Source: Candidatus Latescibacterota bacterium (GTDB taxonomy: Bacteria > Latescibacterota > UBA2968 > UBA8231). Taken from it: 64,000 bases of DNA. The DNA is taken from positions 640,001 to 704,000 of the forward strand of contig CBDAOB010000004.1 in the NCBI GenBank assembly GCA_965197905.1, given 5' to 3'. The translations under genes and the position numbers were made by a program. A model generated the notes under the pieces. The model ran no database searches, was not told where the DNA came from, and saw only the letters and a list, made by a program, of their open reading frames with translations. Of the stretch, positions 20,294 through 29,832 are shown piece by piece; position 1 is the stretch's first letter, and each line of letters starts with the position of its first letter.

Positions 20294-21284
20294 ATGAGCC
20301 CTTCATCGAGCGGAACCATCCCGGTCTACGTTGGTACCTACACGCACAGGGAGAGTGTGGGCGTCTACGTCTACACCCTCGATCTGCAGTCCGGAAAGCT
20401 GGAGTACCATTCCGAACTTGCCGACATTGAGCAACCTTCTTTCCTGGGTTTGAGCCCTGACCAGCGCCACCTCTACGTCATCAATGAGCTCGTTCCCAAC
20501 GGCCAGCTTACCGCTTGTTCCATCCATGAGTCCAGTGGCAAGCTCGAGCAGTTGAATGTCCAGAGCACCAGGGGTTCGAGTCCTTGTTACGTCGTAGTGC
20601 ATCCCAACGGCCGTTTCGCCCTGGTATCCAACTATCTCTCCGGTACCTTGACGGTGCTGCCGATCGAGCCGGATGGCAGCCTCGGCCCGGTGATTGACGA
20701 AGTGCAGCATGAGGGTTCGAGTGTCGATCCAGAGAGGCAGAAGGAGCCCCACGCCCACGCGGCGGTGTTGGATCCTGCCGGCAACTTCGCATTCGGGCCC
20801 GATCTTGGAATCGATAGGGTCATGATCTATGAGTTTGACGCGGATACCGGAAAGCTGACGCCTGGCGAGCAGCCGTGGGTGGAATCGGAACCCGGGGTTG
20901 GGCCGCGGCATTTGACTTTCCACCCATCCGCGAAGTTTGCGTACCTCATCAACGAGCCGGGTTCGACGATGAGCACCTTCACTTATGAAGGTACGAGCGG
21001 GGGACTGAAGCAGATTCAGACGTTGAGTACCCTGCCCGACGATTTCGACGGGACCAACCACACTTGGCATGCTCGAACGGGTGCAAGTGGTATCCACCAA
21101 AGGCAGCTCACCGCGCAACTTCGCCATCGATCCTTCCGGTGCATTCCTCCTGGTAGCAAATCAAGAAACGGATTCCATCGTGTCCTTCAGACGGGACGAC
21201 GATTCCGGAATGCTCAGTGAAATTGGGCATGCAGTCGAGGTTTCCATGCCGGTATGCCTGAAGATTGCTTACACAACCTCATAG
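20294..21284 (+). pseudogene. Lactonase family (6-phosphogluconolactonase-like) beta-propeller with internal deletion and frameshift
   Basis: YVGTYT, SNYLSG, PHAH, DLGID and GPRH in the frame from 20294. The C-terminal blade (PRNFAIDPSG..LLVANQ..PVC) is in another frame (21069-21284). The usual xSNRGHDSI-type blade is missing at about 21060. Confidence 0.8.
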
Positions 21285-21291
21285 GTGACCC

Positions 21292-21585
21292 ATGGGTATC
21301 TTCGGAAAACTGTTTGGCGGCTCTTCAAAGGAGAAACCTGCCGGTGAAGCGGCGCAGCTCCGCAAGATGTTGGAATCGTCCAAGGGGCAAACCCAGAAAG
21401 ATCTGACGCGGGACGCAGCACCCAAGGAGGCGGTCCAGTATGTCTACCGCCAGCTCAAACAGGGTGTGCCACCGGATGAGCTGCAGGCCGATCTCGTCGG
21501 CCGCGGTTTCGCCGCCGAGGTGGCGGACAGCTACATAGATCTGGTACTCAAGACCATGTTCAAAGGGAAGGGAACCAGGGGCTAG
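21292..21585 (+). CDS. Hypothetical protein
   Basis: MGIFGKLFGG amphipathic N-terminus; fits the operon spacing with an AGGTG RBS. Confidence 0.7.
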   Translation: MGIFGKLFGGSSKEKPAGEAAQLRKMLESSKGQTQKDLTRDAAPKEAVQYVYRQLKQGVPPDELQADLVGRGFAAEVADSYIDLVLKTMFKGKGTRG

Positions 21586-21598
21586 GTCCCACTCGAGA

Positions 21599-22663
21599 AT
21601 GAACGGCAACCAACCACGGGCGTGGGGCGAAATAGACGGTCAATCGGTCTTCCTGTGGACCCTCCGAAACAGCGCCGGGCTGTGCGCAAAAATCACCAAC
21701 TACGGCTGCATTCTGAGCGAGATGCGCATTCCCGACCGCAGCGGCGGATCTCGCGATGTCGCCCTGGGATTCGACAATCTGGACGGCTACCTGTCGGACC
21801 ATCCGTATTTCGGCGCCATCATCGGTCGCGTCGCCAATCGCACCTCGGGGGCCCAGTTTCAACTGGACGGAGTGACCCACAAGATCAGCGCCAACAACGG
21901 CAACCATCATGTGCATGGAGGATTCAAAGGCTTCGACAAAAGGGTGTGGACCGCCGTTGAAGAGGCGACAGACTTGCTGACCTTGCGCTACCATAGTCCC
22001 GACGGCGAGGAAGGGTCTCCGGGCGCGGTGACCGCACGCATCACCTACAAGCTGACGCAGAGAAACGAGCTTCGTATCGATTATTTCGCCGAAGCTCGGT
22101 CTCCGACGGTCGTCAACCTGACCCATCACGGCTATTGGAATCTGGGAGGTCATGACGGGGATACGGTGTTGGGTCACGAACTGCAGATGGCGGCCTCCAG
22201 CTTCACGGACGCGGATGAGGACCACACCTCGACCGGAGAAGTGCTACCGGTCGAAGGCACGGCGTTCGACTTCAGAGCGCCAAAGCGGATCGGTGCCGAC
22301 ATCAGCCGGATAGAATTCCCCGGAGATGCGGATCCGCTCGGGTACGATCTGAACTTGGTGCTCGACCGCTCGGGTGGTGGGCTGCAAACTGCTGCGAGCG
22401 TCAGAGACCCACATTCGGGTTGTGCCATGGAGCTTGAGACCACCAAGCCGGGGTTGGTCCTTTACACCGGGAATTACCTGGACGGCACCTGCGTCGGAAA
22501 GGGTGGGGTGCCCTACGTCAAGCAGGCCGCGTTCTGCCTCGAAGCGCAACACTTTCCTGACGCGGTGAATAGAGGCGGTTCATTTGGTTGGCCCTCGGTG
22601 GTTCTGCGCCCTGGAGAAACTTACGACCATACGGATCTGATTCGGTTTTCCGTGACGCCATAG
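21599..22663 (+). CDS. galM: Aldose 1-epimerase
   Basis: YFGAIIGRVANR, HGG, NLTHHGYWNL, YTGN, FCLEAQHFPD. Confidence 0.92.
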   Translation: MNGNQPRAWGEIDGQSVFLWTLRNSAGLCAKITNYGCILSEMRIPDRSGGSRDVALGFDNLDGYLSDHPYFGAIIGRVANRTSGAQFQLDGVTHKISANNGNHHVHGGFKGFDKRVWTAVEEATDLLTLRYHSPDGEEGSPGAVTARITYKLTQRNELRIDYFAEARSPTVVNLTHHGYWNLGGHDGDTVLGHELQMAASSFTDADEDHTSTGEVLPVEGTAFDFRAPKRIGADISRIEFPGDADPLGYDLNLVLDRSGGGLQTAASVRDPHSGCAMELETTKPGLVLYTGNYLDGTCVGKGGVPYVKQAAFCLEAQHFPDAVNRGGSFGWPSVVLRPGETYDHTDLIRFSVTP

Positions 22664-22670
22664 GCAAGCG

Positions 22671-23312
22671 GTGACCTTGAGCAACTCGACCGCGCTTCCC
22701 AAGCTGCGCCAGCTCCTGGCGCAGCGTCCCCCGCAACTCCCTCCTGGCTCGCACGAGGAAACGGCCGCCGTCGCCATGCTGCTTCGCGATGCCGGATCCA
22801 ACCTGCAGGTGCTGTTCATTGAGCGCATCGAACGAGAAGGCGACCCCTGGTCAGGACATATCGCCTTTCCGGGGGGTCGTCTTCGAGATCGCGCAGAGAC
22901 GCTTCGGGCAGCCGCGGAACGGGAGACCCGGGAAGAGATCGGCATCGATCTCGGCGAGGCCGATTATCTCGGCCGCCTTGACGACCTCTCCGGCACTACC
23001 CTTGCGGTTCAGGTAGCCGGCTTCGTGTATCTCCTCACGCAATCGGCACCACAGGGAACATCGGATCGAGAATCGCTCGAGACAAACCTCACCTTGAATC
23101 ACGAGGTGCGGAGCGCGTTCTGGATAGATTTGAAGGATCTGGTGGATCCTCGTCGCCACCTTCATTCCCACTTTCCGATCGGCGGCCGGCAGCTGTTGCA
23201 GCCCGCCATTGAGATGGGCACGGATAGGCCGCTGTTATGGGGCTTGACCTACCGCTTCGTCATGCAGGTCGTCCAGGGATTGGGGATCGAGATTTCGGGT
23301 GTCACCTCATGA
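22671..23312 (+). CDS. Nudix hydrolase, CoA pyrophosphatase-like
   Basis: DPWSGHIAFPGG, Nudix box AAERETREEIG, LWGLT. Confidence 0.88.
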   Translation: MTLSNSTALPKLRQLLAQRPPQLPPGSHEETAAVAMLLRDAGSNLQVLFIERIEREGDPWSGHIAFPGGRLRDRAETLRAAAERETREEIGIDLGEADYLGRLDDLSGTTLAVQVAGFVYLLTQSAPQGTSDRESLETNLTLNHEVRSAFWIDLKDLVDPRRHLHSHFPIGGRQLLQPAIEMGTDRPLLWGLTYRFVMQVVQGLGIEISGVTS

Positions 23313-23432
23313 CATCAGAAAGCTCTAGCTCCGTCTTGTGGTTGGCCGAGAGTTTTCTTGCCAAATTGACAAAGCTTGCCGCCGTACGGAGATTGATCGC
23401 AGACAGGCCAACCATCGGGAGATCCATAGGAA

Positions 23433-24401
23433 ATGCTCGCGAAACAGATCGTACTAGGCGTTCTCACCACCCTCTTCGCGTTGTCGGCAACCTGCGCCGC
23501 CGGCACGGATAAATCCAATCAGAAAAAAACCATCCCCGAGCTCTTCAAGATGACGCGGCCGGCGGTAGCCACGGTCCTCGCCACCGAGTACAAGCGACGG
23601 AGCAAGACCACGCATCAGGGCAGCGGTTTCTTCGTCAGTGGGGATGGGCGTTTTGTTACCAACCATCACGTGATTCCGGACAACGTCTACTCCGCGAAGA
23701 TAAAATTGTACAAAGGCTCGGAGTATTCGATCAAGGAGGTGCTTGCCCGCGACGAGGAAAAAGACCTGCTGCTGGTTGCTGTGGACATCCCTGCAGATTC
23801 GGTTCGATACCTGGAGGTCAATGCGGCCGTGCCCGAGATCGGTGAAGACATTCTGGTAGTGGGCAGCCCCAAAGGACTAGACCAAACCGCCACCCGGGGA
23901 ATCGTGTCGTCGGTACGCCGGGATTCAACCCACGGCAAGGTAATTCAGATCGATGCGCCAATCTCGCCGGGATCCAGCGGCAGTCCCGTGCTGGGGATGG
24001 ACGGTACCGTCGTCGGCGTGGCGACTTTCAAGAAGGATGGCGAGAATCTCAACTTCGCGATTCCGGGAGAGAGCCTGATCGAGTTAATGCAGACGATCTC
24101 CGAAACCAGCTCTCTGGCCGAATACGGGGATCCGTTCGACGACCTGATGATGGTGAAGGCTGGTGTGCAGGAAATGATGACGCAGGAGGTGGGAACGCTT
24201 GATTCGAATCAGGTGGCGGTGATCAGCCACATCTTCGAGGTTCCAGGGGAGAGCATCAGCCGGTTTCGCTGGGGTCCTTCGGTGGCGGCGCCGCCGCACC
24301 GGCTGGCGGGGACCATATGGTACACCATATGGTACGAGCAGGACGACCAGAAGCTAAGCAGCACGGTGAGGATCGATTCGACGGGCAGCGTGATCGAATA
24401 G
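23433..24401 (+). CDS. Secreted trypsin-like (S1C) serine protease without PDZ domain
   Basis: Signal peptide, GSGFFV, TNHHV, KDLLL, IQIDAPISPGSSGSP, LNFAIP. Confidence 0.88.
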   Translation: MLAKQIVLGVLTTLFALSATCAAGTDKSNQKKTIPELFKMTRPAVATVLATEYKRRSKTTHQGSGFFVSGDGRFVTNHHVIPDNVYSAKIKLYKGSEYSIKEVLARDEEKDLLLVAVDIPADSVRYLEVNAAVPEIGEDILVVGSPKGLDQTATRGIVSSVRRDSTHGKVIQIDAPISPGSSGSPVLGMDGTVVGVATFKKDGENLNFAIPGESLIELMQTISETSSLAEYGDPFDDLMMVKAGVQEMMTQEVGTLDSNQVAVISHIFEVPGESISRFRWGPSVAAPPHRLAGTIWYTIWYEQDDQKLSSTVRIDSTGSVIE

Positions 24402-24408
24402 GGTTGCG

Positions 24409-25440
24409 GTGGATGCTGGAGATAAACAGTCGATTGGCGATCAGGGTCTCGAAGTAACGCAGCTGGGTTTAGGAGGGACCTCCTACGCCAATATGTACTC
24501 GGCAGTCACCGAGCCGGTGGCCGTCGACACTATCAGATCCGCGTTTGATGCCGGCATTCGTTATTTCGATACCGCCCCTTTGTACGGATTCGGGCTCAGC
24601 GAATCCCGCCTCGGGGCCGGCCTGGAGCATTTGGATAGAGCAGAGTGTGTCGTCTCGTCCAAAGTAGGCTACACTCTGGTACCTCGTGGCACTTCCGAGC
24701 CACCTGTGGAGATCTTCGTAGACACTCCCCCGTTGGCGAGCGCCTTCGATTACTCCCGCGATACCATCCTTAGATCGATCGATGAGAGCATGGAGCGCCT
24801 GCATCTCTCGCGCATCGATCTGGTTTACGTTCACGATCCCGACCGCTGCATCAGCATCGACCTCAACTTCGATCCCAATCAAGAAACCGACTATCGACAG
24901 GTATTGGATGAAACCTTTCCCGCACTTGCCGAATTGCGCAGTCAGGGTGTGATCGGCGCCCTAGGCGTCGGCATGAATCAATGGCAGATGCTCTGTGATT
25001 TCGCCCGCGCCGCCGATTTCGACTGCTTCCTGTTGGCGGGGCGTTACACCCTGCTGGAACAGAATTCGGTTACCGAGCTGTTGCCGCTATGTCAGGAGAA
25101 GAAAATCCGCATCGTCGTTGGCGGCCCTTACAATTCCGGTATACTCGCTTCCGGCCCGGTGGACGGAGCCTACTACAATTATGCGACAGCACCTCCCGAT
25201 GTCATGAAAAAAACCCGGGAGATCGAGGCCGTCTGCCAGCGCCATGGAGTAGCCTTGGCCGCCGCGGCCTTGCAGTTCCCGTTCGGCCACCCCTCCGTAG
25301 CCTCTGTCATTCCAGGCGCCCGTGCTGTCGCCGAGCTGCAGGAAAACGTGGCCCATTTTGCAACGGAGATCCCTTCTCAGATGTGGCAGGAGCTTCAGGA
25401 ACTGGGTCTGCTTCATCCGGAGGCGCCACTTCCGAGGTGA
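24409..25440 (+). CDS. Aldo/keto reductase (aldose dehydrogenase-like)
   Basis: YFDTAPLYGFGLSE, SSKVG, VYVHDPD, LAGRYTLL, GGPYNSG. Confidence 0.9.
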   Translation: MDAGDKQSIGDQGLEVTQLGLGGTSYANMYSAVTEPVAVDTIRSAFDAGIRYFDTAPLYGFGLSESRLGAGLEHLDRAECVVSSKVGYTLVPRGTSEPPVEIFVDTPPLASAFDYSRDTILRSIDESMERLHLSRIDLVYVHDPDRCISIDLNFDPNQETDYRQVLDETFPALAELRSQGVIGALGVGMNQWQMLCDFARAADFDCFLLAGRYTLLEQNSVTELLPLCQEKKIRIVVGGPYNSGILASGPVDGAYYNYATAPPDVMKKTREIEAVCQRHGVALAAAALQFPFGHPSVASVIPGARAVAELQENVAHFATEIPSQMWQELQELGLLHPEAPLPR

Positions 25441-25515
25441 CGCCTGGCTCGCAGGGCCACGTCTTTGAACTATCACACTCTTGTAATTCTTTCGAAACCG
25501 ACATCGAGGTGAATT

Positions 25516-26466
25516 GTGGAATTGCGGCGCCTTCTGGGCACTGAACTCGACGTATCTCCCATCTGTTTCGGCATGATGTACGGCAGCGATGCGAGGAAAG
25601 ACCCGGAGCTGAAGAAACAAGCCCTGCGTCGTGGCCTTGAGTCCGGCATCAATTTCGTCCATTCCTGTATGGAGTACGGCACATGGCCGGTACTGGCCGA
25701 CGTCCTTGACGATTGGCCCGAACGCAAGCAGCTGGTCCATGCCATCAAGATGATTCTGCCCGAAGATGAAGACAACAACAGATTCTACCCGGACAAATTT
25801 CGGCGGCGAGTGGACGACCATTTGACCGCCCTGCGCACAGACCGGATCGACATTCTCCAGTACCAGTGGCGAGTCGCTCCTGGAACCGATATACCACCCC
25901 TGGATCTGTTCCGTCGCGTGATCGACGATGTAGTCGCTACTTTCGAGACCTTGCGAGACGAAGGCAAAGCCGGCTATTTGATGGTATTTCCCAACGCCTC
26001 CTGCAAAATGGAGGTTATCGAAACCGGTCACTTTTCGGGCATGATTGCGGTGTGCAACCTCGCCCGTCTGGATTTCGGCGCCCTCTACACCGAGCTGGAA
26101 CGGCGCAATATGGGGCTGTTGGGGTTCAGCCCTTTGCAGGGAGGCAGTCTCACCGATCGCCACGACCGTCATCCCGTTGGGGAGAGCGGTGACCGCCGCA
26201 GCGGCGAGTTCTACGAAGTGGAGTACAAGAAGCGGGAACGGATCGTGGCCTGTTTCAGGGACGAGATCGGTCCTTCGATGACGAGTTTTGCGTTGCGGGC
26301 GCTGCTGTCGACTCCGGTGATGGGCAGTCTGATCGCGGGTATGAGCACCGCCGACCAAGTGGACGAGATCGTGTCAGCGGTGCAGCAACCGGCACTGCTT
26401 CCCGACATCTTCGAGCGCGCTGTGGAGTTGTGGCACAACGAACTGGAGCCGCTGGAACGCCCGTGA
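25516..26466 (+). CDS. Aldo/keto reductase, divergent
   Basis: VSPICFG, GINFVHSCMEYG, LRTDRIDILQ, FSPLQGG, IAGMST. Confidence 0.8.
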   Translation: MELRRLLGTELDVSPICFGMMYGSDARKDPELKKQALRRGLESGINFVHSCMEYGTWPVLADVLDDWPERKQLVHAIKMILPEDEDNNRFYPDKFRRRVDDHLTALRTDRIDILQYQWRVAPGTDIPPLDLFRRVIDDVVATFETLRDEGKAGYLMVFPNASCKMEVIETGHFSGMIAVCNLARLDFGALYTELERRNMGLLGFSPLQGGSLTDRHDRHPVGESGDRRSGEFYEVEYKKRERIVACFRDEIGPSMTSFALRALLSTPVMGSLIAGMSTADQVDEIVSAVQQPALLPDIFERAVELWHNELEPLERP

Positions 26467-26474
26467 TGGCGTAG

Positions 26475-27563
26475 TCAGGTCAGCAACCGCGGGTACGAGG
26501 TCAGCTGCACCAGTCCCAGCTCAGTGAGGTGGTAGTTTTCCTCCAGCCGGATTCCCGCCCTCATTTCTTCCGAATACAACCCCGGTTCCATCGTAAAGAC
26601 ATCCCCCACCTCGAAGGTAGCGTCGTAGTTCGGGTTGAGCTCGGGGGGTTCGTGAGGCAAGAGACCGATGCCGTGCCCCAGATGGTGCACCATACCTTCG
26701 TAACCGGCTTGCCTGAATATGTCGTCGGCGATTTGATACAACTCGTGGGCTCTTGTCCCTGGTCTCACGGCGGTCTCCAGCACCGGAAAGAGGCCGTCGA
26801 TCGCCTCCCACGCCTTCTGTTGAACCTCGCTCGGCTGCCCGTCGACGGCGAAGGTCCGGCAGTTGTCGGCGTGATAGCCGTGAAGACTGGGTCCCGCATC
26901 GAGGATGTAAAGTTCGCCTGCCTGCATGGTGCGCCGCCGCGCCGCGCCGCCCCTGTCGTTGGCGCGATAGTCGTTGCCAAGATGCTCCAGATCCTCCCCC
27001 GCCCTTTTGGTAGCTTCTTGCCGGATATATCCGAACACCTCGATCTCATCCGCTCCGGGACGAACCGCCTCCTTCGCCGCATCATACATTGCTGCGGTGA
27101 TGCCGATAGCGCCGCGAATCGCTTCAACCTCGTCATCGTGTTTGTTCTTGCGCAGCCGCAGGATGAACGGGGTTATGTCCCGCGCGTCGCTTCCGGCCAG
27201 GGCGAGGATGCAGCCGACGCCGCCTCCCATATCCACACCCAAAGAGCCGACGTTGGAGACGCTCAGGGCCAATTTCTCGGCCACCATCTCGTACTGACGA
27301 TTGTGCATGGTGGCCAAAAATTCGGTCTCGTAGGCAACAATCTTGTCAGCGGCGACCTCCACGTCCGCGTCGGCAGCGACAAGCGTGACTTCACCGTTGG
27401 CGCGTATAAGGGCAGCGGCGGCGTGGTTGAGGTTGTGAAGCCAGCCGGTGAAATAGTAGACGTGTGGCCGGCGCGAAACGATGGCCCCGTCCAGCTCGTT
27501 TTGATGGAGAACCTCGATCAGGCGCTGCTGTCGCGCACGACATCCTTCCACTGTGAGTTTCAC
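26475..27563 (-). CDS. M24 family Xaa-Pro peptidase
   Basis: ILDAG, GYHADNCRT, HHLGHGIGL, HEPP, TMEPG, GIRLEEN. Probable GTG start at 27563. Confidence 0.9.
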   Translation of the reverse strand: MKLTVEGCRARQQRLIEVLHQNELDGAIVSRRPHVYYFTGWLHNLNHAAAALIRANGEVTLVAADADVEVAADKIVAYETEFLATMHNRQYEMVAEKLALSVSNVGSLGVDMGGGVGCILALAGSDARDITPFILRLRKNKHDDEVEAIRGAIGITAAMYDAAKEAVRPGADEIEVFGYIRQEATKRAGEDLEHLGNDYRANDRGGAARRRTMQAGELYILDAGPSLHGYHADNCRTFAVDGQPSEVQQKAWEAIDGLFPVLETAVRPGTRAHELYQIADDIFRQAGYEGMVHHLGHGIGLLPHEPPELNPNYDATFEVGDVFTMEPGLYSEEMRAGIRLEENYHLTELGLVQLTSYPRLLT

Positions 27564-27648
27564 TCGGCGTCCCTTCTTGTCAATCGGCCCTTCCCGGCCC
27601 ACGGGTATGTACCATTGTTGCCTAACCTGCCACGGTCTCGGTGGGGCA

Positions 27649-28728
27649 TCAGGTGTAGCGATCGTATCCAGCGTTTTTCTTCAGCTGCTCCATCACTTCC
27701 TTGACCCGCTGGGACTGGGACCGGCTGCACACCAACAGCGCGTCCTCGGTATCCACCACCACCAGATCCTCTACGCCGACCAGCGCCAGGAGTTTTCCCT
27801 TGGGGCCATAGACGATGTTGTTCTTCGCATCCAGCTTCAACGCCTCGCCAGATATCAGATTGCCCTCCTCGTCCGTCGGCAATACGTCGGTGAGCGCCGC
27901 CCACGAACCGATATCCCCCCAGTTCATGACCGCCTCGAGCGCCACTACCTTGTCGGTTCTCTCGATCACTTGATTGTCGATGGCGCCGGCGGGAAGCTGA
28001 GGATACTCTCTCGCGATGATCTCCGCTTCCTGGTTTGAGACCGCAGCTTCTTTGATACGCATCAGGACCTCGTGCATCCGCGGCTCGAAGCGCGAGATCA
28101 GATCCAACATGGTCGCCGCCTTCCATACGAACATGTTGATATTCCACAAATATTGTCCGCTTTGCAGATAGGTGCGAGCACGAGCCTCATCCGGTTTCTC
28201 GGTAAACTGCTCGACATGGTAGACTGGCTCCCCCGCAAACTCGCCAAGCTCGGGACCTTTACGGATATACCCGTACCCCGTCTCCGGCCGCGTGGGTCTG
28301 GCGCCCATAACCAGCAGCTGATCTCCATGGGTGTTGATGGTTTTTTCCGCAACCTGAAGCAGGCGGCGGAACTCATCCGCCCTGCCGATGAAGTGGTCCG
28401 ATCCCAGACTGGCCACAGTACAACCCGGAAACCGCGCTTCCATCAATGCGGATTCCAACCCGATCGCCGGTCCGGTGTTGCGCAGCGCCGGCTCGATGAT
28501 GAGATGGTCCTCGGGCAGATCGGGCAACTGCTCGCGCACCAACCCGGCCATCTCCGTTCCCGTGGAGACGAAGATGTCGTCGCCCACCGCAATGGGGCCG
28601 ATCCGCTCCACCGCCTCCTGTAGCATGGTACGATCTCCCGCCATGGCGTGGAACTGTTTCGGTCGATGAGAGCGACTGTAGGGCCAGAGCCGAGTGCCGA
28701 CACCTCCGGCGCGAACTACAAATTTCAT
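27649..28728 (-). CDS. manC: Mannose-1-phosphate guanylyltransferase
   Basis: AGGVGTRLWPYSR, PKQF, EPALRNTG, SDH, ETGYGYI, FTEKPD, WGDIGSW. Confidence 0.88.
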   Translation of the reverse strand: MKFVVRAGGVGTRLWPYSRSHRPKQFHAMAGDRTMLQEAVERIGPIAVGDDIFVSTGTEMAGLVREQLPDLPEDHLIIEPALRNTGPAIGLESALMEARFPGCTVASLGSDHFIGRADEFRRLLQVAEKTINTHGDQLLVMGARPTRPETGYGYIRKGPELGEFAGEPVYHVEQFTEKPDEARARTYLQSGQYLWNINMFVWKAATMLDLISRFEPRMHEVLMRIKEAAVSNQEAEIIAREYPQLPAGAIDNQVIERTDKVVALEAVMNWGDIGSWAALTDVLPTDEEGNLISGEALKLDAKNNIVYGPKGKLLALVGVEDLVVVDTEDALLVCSRSQSQRVKEVMEQLKKNAGYDRYT

Positions 28729-28739
28729 GTGTTCTCCGA

Positions 28740-29726
28740 TCAAGCGGGCGCCGCGAGAAGATACTCGAGACGCTCCTCATCCAGTGGAGCGACGGCGAAC
28801 CGTCGACCGGCCGGAATTAGATAAGTATCTGCCGGTCTCAGAACAAAATGGGTCTTCTCCCCTCGCAACTGGGCGGTGCCGCGAACCAACGTCAGGGCTC
28901 GAAATCTGGCTTGAGAGCGGAATTTAGCCGCACCCCTATACAGATCGAGTCGAAAGTGGTCTCCGTCGACCAGGCACTCCTGGGATGGCCCCGACTCGTC
29001 GCCGTGCCGGGTCACCCGCGCCGGATCGGAGTCGTAGTTGGTCACCGCCAACGCCTGATCCAGGTGAAGTGCGCGGGGGAGTCCGTCCACCCCCACCCGC
29101 CCATAATCGTAGATGCGAAAGGTTAGATCGCTATTCTGCTGGACCTCGTAGAGCATGACCCCCCCGCAGATGGCGTGGACCGTGCCCGGTGGCGTTTGCA
29201 CGAGATCGCCCTCCCGAACCCTGACGTATTTCAAGAGATTCTCGGCGCAACCACGTTCGACCGCGTCACGCAGTTTTTCGGCGTCGACGCGCCGCCTGAA
29301 CCCGTGCGCCACCCGACCCCGCTGCGAGCCCAAAATATACCAGGCTTCCGCCTTGCCGAAATCACCAAGGTTATTACAGCGAACGTAGGTATCGCCAGGA
29401 TGGACCTGCACCGACAGGTCTTCATGGGCATCGATCAGCTTGACCAACAAGGGGAATTTGCCGCCGTAACGCTCCCATGCGCGGAGTCCCAACAATTGCT
29501 CGCGGTAGGTTGCCGTCAATCGCGAGACCGTCCAACCCTGAAGCGGACCGGCCGCAACCACGCTTTCATGGCCGGGGACGGCCGACAACTCCAGCGATTC
29601 ACCGATAGGTTTGTTCTTGGGAAGTGGTCTGGCGTAGGTGAGCTCTAATCGACGCCCGCCCCAGACGGTTTCGCGCAGATGGGGTTTCATCGGCAGCAGA
29701 TCCATCAAGCTGGGGTGGTTGCTCAT
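28740..29726 (-). CDS. manA: Type I mannose-6-phosphate isomerase
   Basis: VWGG, FPLLVKLIDA, LSVQVHP, GKAEAWY, PGTVHA, EVQQNSD, RALH. Confidence 0.88.
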   Translation of the reverse strand: MSNHPSLMDLLPMKPHLRETVWGGRRLELTYARPLPKNKPIGESLELSAVPGHESVVAAGPLQGWTVSRLTATYREQLLGLRAWERYGGKFPLLVKLIDAHEDLSVQVHPGDTYVRCNNLGDFGKAEAWYILGSQRGRVAHGFRRRVDAEKLRDAVERGCAENLLKYVRVREGDLVQTPPGTVHAICGGVMLYEVQQNSDLTFRIYDYGRVGVDGLPRALHLDQALAVTNYDSDPARVTRHGDESGPSQECLVDGDHFRLDLYRGAAKFRSQARFRALTLVRGTAQLRGEKTHFVLRPADTYLIPAGRRFAVAPLDEERLEYLLAAPA

Positions 29727-29832
29727 AGATACCGGGTGAATCTCAGATCTGTGTGGGATGGGCTCGGAAGCGGTCCAGACTCATCCTGCAAAGATAGAAC
29801 CCCGCGATTTCCATTACCAACAGACCAAATCG

